A stretch of DNA of 64,000 bases from positions 52,216 to 116,215 of IMG/VR virus record IMGVR_UViG_3300044635_002180. One strand, written 5' to 3'. The translations under genes were made by a program, and so were the position numbers. How positions within the stretch are numbered: the stretch's first letter is position 1; every line of letters begins with the position of its first letter. Below, piece after piece: positions 58,130 to 64,000 of this stretch. The DNA comes from a virus. The notes under the pieces were generated by a model. That model ran no database searches. It was not told where the DNA came from and worked only from the letters and a program-made list of their open reading frames with translations.

Positions 58130-59127
58130 TCAACCAAAAAGATCAAATAAATCGGAATACATCTGTTCTGTTGGTTTATGTGCAGGCCACTTAACTGCAG
58201 TATAAAATCTTTCCACCACGGAGAATACAATCTTTTCAAACATTTTCTCGTATGCAGGCTTGAATATGCCATGAAATTCAGTTGGGTAGTAGTATTTAAA
58301 TGCAATGGTCTCTACACCATACTTGTTGGGTGTAGCAATGTACATCCATCTGATTTTATCACCTGACTGAATAGCTTCATATTTTGATATGATGTCAAGC
58401 TTTTTGAGCAATACATTATAGTTGTGAGCAGACTTCACATGCACCGGAGCACCTTTGGGCAATGAAAACTCTTTGGCCTTGCTTGCATGCTTGTCAAGAT
58501 CTTTGATGCCCATGACATATGCTACTTCTTCTGGCTTGAGTGCTTTGAACACATCATATGCTTCATTAACAACAGCATTGGTTTTGATTCTATCGCGTGT
58601 ATCAAGCATTGTTTCAATGATTTTTTTAACGTATGGTTTGATGGCTTTTGGCATAGAAGTTCTCACCACCTCCACACCAACATACTTCCACTTATCACAC
58701 TCAATTCCTTCATCATCCACCACATGTGCAACATATCGCTTCTTTTCTAAAAATAAGCCTTTGTCAATGATGGACTCTCTCTTGAAGACAATTCTAGGAT
58801 CAAGTGAGTTTAGCTCATCTTTGAGCTTGGTATTAATTTGATTGTTTATATAAACATTTAGACCGTCAATAATTTCATGCACCTTGCCATTGACTTTGTT
58901 ATTAATCAACAAAGGTTCATTGTATTTTTTGAGCAGTGGCTCAATGCACAAATACACCGAATCGGTATCACCTGCTACAGCAATATCAGGAAAATTATTA
59001 GTACCTAAAACAGAAGCAGTATATTCTCTTGCTTGAGTTCGAGCAGTCTTAATGATGTACTGACCAGTCAGTGTGATGGATGATGCAATATCATCATCAC
59101 CCAGCGGCGCATTTTTATTGCCCATGT
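58130..59127 (-). CDS. gp43: DNA polymerase B, fragment C exon 2 (palm motif C and thumb)
   Basis: 'ITLTGQ..AGDTDSVY..FKRE..KKRY..GVEVVRTS'. Confidence 0.95.
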
Positions 59128-59367
59128 CATTTATCTTCTACTTTGCTCGCTAGACAAAATACGCTTTTACGCTGCTATACATCGCTGTATAGATGAGACT
59201 ATATCATCACTAAAAGTGTGCCCCGTTTCGGTATGCTTATACCTACCTGCTTGCGCAGTAGTCGTTGAACGTTCGCAAATTATGCGCTTCGCTGCTGATT
59301 GTCTCAGTGAGAGTTTCCAGCAATTAGAGGCATTTGCTTGCTTTTTACAGCAAGGGGCTAAGAGTCA
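59128..59367 (-). ncRNA. group I intron (240 nt, no ORF) in PolB motif B
   Basis: P1 GGGU|UGA..UUAGCCC with U.G at the 5' splice site; P AATTGCTGGAAA, Q AATCAGCAG, R GTTCAACGACTA, S GATATAGTCT; terminal G; splicing restores NSVYG-Y-MGNKNAP. Confidence 0.93.
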
Positions 59368-59479
59368 ACCCGTATACAGAATTAATAAAAATTTTAATGC
59401 ATAATTGCTTTGCATTTAACTGGGTTATTTTGTCTCTCAGATAGCGTGCTCGCTCCTGTAGTTGTTGTTTGTTTATCAT
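59368..59479 (-). CDS. gp43: DNA polymerase B, fragment C exon 1 (MINKQQLQERARYLRDKITQLNAKQLCIKIFINSVYG), not in the ORF track
   Basis: contains motif B KxxxNSxYG; has its own ATG and an upstream TTGATT box. Confidence 0.9.
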
Positions 59480-59543
59480 AAAAATTTATATAGATTAATA
59501 CCTAAAATATAAAAATCAACCACTATAACCATAAATACAGTAT

Positions 59544-59819
59544 ATGGTCAAGACATTTGAAGTTTAAGCATCTTATAGACGGGCACAATATTATGTTACT
59601 CTGCTTGATTGTGATACGGGGAGTGAGCATTCTAAATTTCTTATAGAATGGATAAAAAAATATAGCTACGCGAAAGATGGTATTATGGATAGAATCCGCT
59701 CAGCTGATTTTAAAACTCCGGTAAGCATGCGAAAATGCAAGAAGAATATTGTCGTTTTAAAAGCTGTAAAGAGGAAGCCTACTGAAGAAGAGTATCTGCA
59801 ATTACTATCACTATTTTAA
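59544..59819 (+). pseudogene. antisense 92-codon frame with in-frame TAA at codon 8, between PolB fragments B and C
   Basis: TAAATA-N6-ATG GTC AAG ACA TTT GAA GTT TAA; the same frame then stays open for 83 more codons. Confidence 0.6.
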
Positions 59820-61073
59820 CTGATCTTCAATATTCTTCAATTCCTTTTTAAGCTTCATCATTTCCTTGCGAACAGCAACACGCTCTTTGTAATATTCATC
59901 TACAATCTCTGGTAGAATTCCTTTGACTTTTTGGCTAAACAAAACCTTGGCTTTGGTTATGGCAATTTTTTCCTGATTTACAAATTGTGCAAACTTAGCC
60001 AGTGGCAAGTTAAAAACCTGACCATTGATGTGTTTGATGGTTACACTTTTATCATCTGTATCAATGATGTTACCTACCTTTGTCTCTGGAGACAAATTGA
60101 GACTAATCATGATGTTGGGGTACAGTGAATTAGCATCAAAAGATACAACATTGCTTTGAAAGCCCTCCATGGGCTCTGCAACAAATGCACCCGGATTTTT
60201 ATCACCTTCACCATCACGAACAAATGTAGGCAAGAATTGTGATCTTTGACGAGCACGAATGGCAGCAGTTCCTGTGATTGTAGACAAGGTGCTCATTGCA
60301 TTTTCCATGGTGGTCAGGCCCATGTAAGCCAACATTCTCAGCAGTGGTACATACTGCAATTTTAAATCCATCTTCACAAGCAGTGCAACGTCTTGCAAGT
60401 TATAATCTACAAACAATTGCCAATCTTCTTTTGCTAAGCTTGCAAGATTGGTATTGCCATAATCAACCTTTCTCTCACCCAGTTCAAGTTCTGCAATGTA
60501 ATCGAGTTTATAGCTCTCGCGGTTTGTAAAGCTAAAACGCTTGTAAATATCAATGTAATCAACGCATGAAACTCCGTCAATGTACCAGCGGATTTGCGGC
60601 TTGCCAAATATGCCGCTGTTGAGAGTTCTACAATACACTCTACCAACAGGTGAAAGCTTTGATGAATACTCTTCACTCAAAATATTATTGATTCTGTTGA
60701 TGATGTATGGAATATCAAACCCTGCACTATTCCAACCTGTCAACAAGTCACATTCCAAGCTGCTGAAGAACTCTATAAAATTCACCAACAGTTGGCGCTC
60801 TGTTGCACAATGAACAAACTTCAAGTCACTTCTGTTGTGTTTATAATCAGTTGTACCCCAAGAGAAAAACTGATTGGTCAAACTGTCATGAATGGTAATA
60901 ATGTTGATGGGATGCTTAGCATATTCAGCTGCAGGAAACTCTGTTTGCTGAACATAACAACTGTTATCATAATTAACCCACTGCTGTTTCTCCTCATCCC
61001 ACACTTCATATTCTTCTCGCATATTTTTATTACACGCGAAATCACCCAATTTGATATACTGATACTGTTCCAT
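59811..61073 (-). CDS. gp43: DNA polymerase B, fragment B (exonuclease II/III, palm motif A, first fingers helix)
   Basis: 'TGWNSAGFDIPY', 'SYKLD', 'YNLQDV', 'SFDANSLYP'; ends in coiled coil 'RKEMMKLKKELK'. Confidence 0.93.
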   Translation of the reverse strand: MEQYQYIKLGDFACNKNMREEYEVWDEEKQQWVNYDNSCYVQQTEFPAAEYAKHPINIITIHDSLTNQFFSWGTTDYKHNRSDLKFVHCATERQLLVNFIEFFSSLECDLLTGWNSAGFDIPYIINRINNILSEEYSSKLSPVGRVYCRTLNSGIFGKPQIRWYIDGVSCVDYIDIYKRFSFTNRESYKLDYIAELELGERKVDYGNTNLASLAKEDWQLFVDYNLQDVALLVKMDLKLQYVPLLRMLAYMGLTTMENAMSTLSTITGTAAIRARQRSQFLPTFVRDGEGDKNPGAFVAEPMEGFQSNVVSFDANSLYPNIMISLNLSPETKVGNIIDTDDKSVTIKHINGQVFNLPLAKFAQFVNQEKIAITKAKVLFSQKVKGILPEIVDEYYKERVAVRKEMMKLKKELKNIEDQLK

Positions 61074-61075
61074 AG

Positions 61076-61888
61076 TTATTTGTTGCGCAGGTTTAAAATT
61101 CTTGTTCGTACTTTTGATGATTTTGAATTAATATAGTTTTCAAACTCTTGATCAGACATACACTTAATACGAACTTTCATAATTGACTGTTGCCGTGTCG
61201 CTTTTCCCTTTTTATTATTTGATATATTAATACTTCTCACGGCATGATCAACACATGTTGAATGTAAACTCTTGTTAAGTCGTTGTTGCTTTTCAGCAAC
61301 ATCTAATCCGTTTATATATTCTTTTATTTTTTTAGATCGTTTTAAATTAGATTCTTCACTTTGAATACATCCGCGCCTTGATTGAAAAAAACATTCACGA
61401 CTACACATTGTAGCATATCTTGTTTTCACACGCCTACCACAGTTGTTTCCACATAAAGGCATAGTCATTAATCTCTGCATCTTATTGTGACTGCCACGGA
61501 TTTTTAATTTTTCTGATACTACAGTTTTAATATAATCACTTTTCATAGGGTGATTTTTTGAAAACAACTCTCTAGCACACTTGAATAGCTTTGCATTTAT
61601 TTTTCGCTTATCACTATTATGTGTACACATTCTATTAAATGCAGCTGATAATTTCATAGCTCTTGCAGTGTAAGTAACATCCGCTTCTGCAAGTTTTTGA
61701 TAACCCACTGCTAGGAGGTGATGTAAAACAAAATGCTCTTTTGCTGTAACTTTAACAATATTATCAGCTATATCATTACCACCAAGACACTTGGGTAATA
61801 CATGGTGTCTCTCACAATAGATGCTTTCATCTAAGCATCTGTTTTGGCAATTTATAATAATTTTATCATATACTTTTAAGTAGTTCAT
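61076..61888 (-). CDS. HNH homing endonuclease (MobE-like) inserted between PolB fragments
   Basis: 'YCERHHVLPKCLGGND..NIVKVTAKEHFVLHHLL'; own TAAATA-N5-ATG. Confidence 0.88.
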   Translation of the reverse strand: MNYLKVYDKIIINCQNRCLDESIYCERHHVLPKCLGGNDIADNIVKVTAKEHFVLHHLLAVGYQKLAEADVTYTARAMKLSAAFNRMCTHNSDKRKINAKLFKCARELFSKNHPMKSDYIKTVVSEKLKIRGSHNKMQRLMTMPLCGNNCGRRVKTRYATMCSRECFFQSRRGCIQSEESNLKRSKKIKEYINGLDVAEKQQRLNKSLHSTCVDHAVRSINISNNKKGKATRQQSIMKVRIKCMSDQEFENYINSKSSKVRTRILNLRNK

Positions 61889-61902
61889 AGGAGTATTTAT
61901 CT

Positions 61903-62310
61903 CTATGTCGACCTTTTTTTGCGTATTTTAATCTGATTATCATTTTTATACTTGCTTGTATCCACCTCAATGTCAATCGTAACAACACGCACCGGAAATT
62001 TAGCAAAATCCTCATCCTGGTTGTGTTGCCAAAACATATCAATGAGGTGTTGCTGCACTGGATTAATATTTTCAAACAATCTCTTGCTTCCACACTCTTT
62101 GACAAATCTGCTGCGATCAAATTGTGTCTTGAACGTACGTTTGCGCAATTTGGTATTAAAGATGCTCACATCTTTGCCAGACATATCCTCAAGCATGAGA
62201 TAAGGCTGGTAAGAACTCATGTACGAAATTCTATTACCATTCTCATCCCATGAATATATCTTCATACATTCATCCTGCGGAATATAAACTGCATTTCTGT
62301 ATCCTATCAT
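61903..62310 (-). CDS. gp43: DNA polymerase B, fragment A (N-terminal domain up to the Exo I motif)
   Basis: 'YRN..SWDENGNR..YQPYL..RVVTIDIEV' followed by a non-polymerase tail; start refined to ATG 62310. Confidence 0.88.
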   Translation of the reverse strand: MIGYRNAVYIPQDECMKIYSWDENGNRISYMSSYQPYLMLEDMSGKDVSIFNTKLRKRTFKTQFDRSRFVKECGSKRLFENINPVQQHLIDMFWQHNQDEDFAKFPVRVVTIDIEVDTSKYKNDNQIKIRKKRST

Positions 62311-62341
62311 ATAAGACAAGATAATGTATCAAGAAGCATAA

Positions 62342-63544
62342 TCAAATGTTAGAATTGAACCTACCAATATTTTTTCTATCAGGGCTGCCATATGGCGTGG
62401 AAAACAATTCAACATAGCAATCATGATTTTCAGGCAATTCTAAAAATCTCTTGTCTGCAATTTTTCTGTAATGATGACTTCTATCCTTGTAAGTGTTAGT
62501 GCGCTTGAGTGTTTCTTCAATCAATTGCATCATCTCTTCTCCTGTTTTGAACTTAATTGTAGCATCCTTATACGTAACAATGTCTTGACATGCAATGGGC
62601 AAACCGTAGCAACATGCTTCAATGAATTTAATGTCACTCTTGCAACGATTAAATTCATTATCCTGCAAGGGAGCCACCAGCATCTGAACTTCCAGATCAT
62701 CAATTTTTTGTGGATAATCGTATAAATTTTGCCAAGGGTGGAATTCTATCTCACCGCTCTTAATATACGGCACCAACGATAGAGGTGCTGCACCCATGAA
62801 TATCCAGGTGTATTTGTGACGAGAATCAATGATGTGCTTCACGATGTCTTCAAAATCATCTTTGCCGCTCACCTTGTTATCAACATCAAAATGTGCACCA
62901 GAACCAGCATACAGAATGCGTGGCTTCTTCTTATGCTTGATCAAGCGATCATAATTTTTCTGTGGATTAAAATATTGACCCATCCACCACTTGGGCACAA
63001 AATTTGGAATTGTAGTAATTTCTTTTTTGCCGGTCTTGCGTCTGAAATAATCTCTCATGTACTCATTTGTGACAGTGATCTCATCACAAAGAGACATGAT
63101 TTGTAAAATATTGTTGCGAATTTCTTCTGATTCAAAAGCAAACTTAAACTTGTTATAGTCTGGAATATCTTCATGAAATACTACATCATCAATTTCGTAA
63201 ATCAGTCTAAACCCAAATTTAGATTGCAGTTGTTTCATGTATCTCACAAAGTCAAGCTGCGGACCTGTTGCTTGTCTTTGAATTCTAACTACTTTTAATG
63301 GAGCATAGAATGCTTCACTGTTGTTCATAATAGTAGTAGTTGTACTAATTATTTTTTGATTAGCATTTAAAATATGCTCTGGCCATATCATTCTCCAGAA
63401 TCCACACCCGGACATATCTGCAGCATATTGCAGCACACGCGGCGCATCAGCTTGAGGAGGCTGCTGCTGTTTTTGCTCTACAACAGCTGGCTGTGCAGCA
63501 AATGGCGGTTTGAAAGGTGCTCGAAAAGGAGAATTATTAAACAT
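62342..63544 (-). CDS. GT-B (family 4-like) glycosyltransferase
   Basis: 'DMSGCGFWRMIWP..YEIDD..IPNF..APLQDNEFNRCKSDIKFIE'. Confidence 0.8.
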   Translation of the reverse strand: MFNNSPFRAPFKPPFAAQPAVVEQKQQQPPQADAPRVLQYAADMSGCGFWRMIWPEHILNANQKIISTTTTIMNNSEAFYAPLKVVRIQRQATGPQLDFVRYMKQLQSKFGFRLIYEIDDVVFHEDIPDYNKFKFAFESEEIRNNILQIMSLCDEITVTNEYMRDYFRRKTGKKEITTIPNFVPKWWMGQYFNPQKNYDRLIKHKKKPRILYAGSGAHFDVDNKVSGKDDFEDIVKHIIDSRHKYTWIFMGAAPLSLVPYIKSGEIEFHPWQNLYDYPQKIDDLEVQMLVAPLQDNEFNRCKSDIKFIEACCYGLPIACQDIVTYKDATIKFKTGEEMMQLIEETLKRTNTYKDRSHHYRKIADKRFLELPENHDCYVELFSTPYGSPDRKNIGRFNSNI

Positions 63545-63569
63545 GCAGTTATATATGAAATACTACACA

Positions 63570-64000
63570 TTACTCAACCCGCTTAGTTATACCATTTTCT
63601 TTGACCAGCTGAATAACGTTGCTGGTTGCAAAGAAGTTACTGCTTTTGCGGTGGGTAATTATGTATGCACATTCACTGTTGAGCTTGGCCCTATCAGCAA
63701 TTATTTGATATGCCAACTCAACGCCTTTTTCATCCAAGCTAGAATCAAACAATTCATCATAAAACATGATGTTGTAAGATACATTGCCTTGCATTCTGCG
63801 AACATCAATGAACGCAAACAAGCATGCTAAATCTATGCTTTTGCGCTCGGCACCAGAAAAATTAAAATAGGAACACAATTTGCCGCGATCATTATGAATT
63901 TCTTCTTCAAAATATTCATTAAATTTGCAACTGCAATTGAACCCAATTTTTTTGAGATAAATTTGAATTTTGCTGTTGAGAATCTGCAAGATTTTTTTGG
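63570..64000 (-). CDS. gp46: recombination ATPase SbcC/Rad50-like (T4 gp46), 3' part
   Basis: signature 'FSGAERKSIDLA', Walker B/D-loop 'FYDELFDSSLD', 'ITHR'. Confidence 0.92.
   Translation of the reverse strand, partial: KKILQILNSKIQIYLKKIGFNCSCKFNEYFEEEIHNDRGKLCSYFNFSGAERKSIDLACLFAFIDVRRMQGNVSYNIMFYDELFDSSLDEKGVELAYQIIADRAKLNSECAYIITHRKSSNFFATSNVIQLVKENGITKRVE

Noticed and set aside
59216-59404. 62-aa plus-strand ORF
   Set aside because: Antisense to the group I intron core and exon; no start signal
59544-59819. Stop-codon reassignment
   Set aside because: A single in-frame TAA; TAA, TAG and TGA all terminate conserved genes normally and coding density is high in the standard code
60940-61960. 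Canonical split intein joining PolB fragments A and B
   Set aside because: Only ~60 extra residues; no Cys1, TxxH or His-Asn (only a 'DN-S'); too small for a Hint fold. Kept as a non-canonical module in findings
61866-62120. 84-aa minus-strand ORF as a frameshift bridge between PolB fragment A and the HNH gene
   Set aside because: Out-of-frame shadow with no polymerase or nuclease motifs; the HNH has its own promoter and ATG
1-64000. tRNA/rRNA genes and the many short antisense ORFs in the track
   Set aside because: Intergenic gaps are very short with no cloverleaf seen; the short ORFs lie opposite or within well-supported genes and lack start motifs

Overview
A 64 kb segment of a large, AT-rich T4-like (myovirus) phage genome using the standard genetic code. 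1-20 kb is a mostly minus-strand morphogenesis block: baseplate and hub, tail tube, GH24 lysozyme, gp4, tail sheath, gp3, TerL with a class 3 LAGLIDADG intein, and the gp14 neck. 20.7-38.7 kb is a plus-strand block of baseplate and fibre/adhesin genes that ends in a mucin-like Thr/Ser repeat, followed by two glyco-enzyme genes. 43-64 kb is a minus-strand replication block: primase, RNase H, clamp, SSB, DHH, helicase, UvsX, PolB and gp46, with an embedded nucleotide-modification cluster (GT2, DUF5664-like dNTP diphosphohydrolase, class II amidotransferase, QueC homologue lacking its Zn ligands). Main findings: (1) the family B DNA polymerase is broken into four coding pieces (three predicted polypeptides) by an HNH gene flanked by short add-on peptides, a decayed antisense gene and a 240-nt group I intron; (2) a -10 box (late TAAATA, or a sigma70-like TTGA..TAnnnT) lies 5-7 nt before most transcription-unit start codons, implying widespread leaderless translation; (3) a divergent Gat/QueC pair whose Gat seems to start at ATT; (4) a possible virion O-glycosylation module. 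All product calls come from motif recognition and synteny; no database searches were run.
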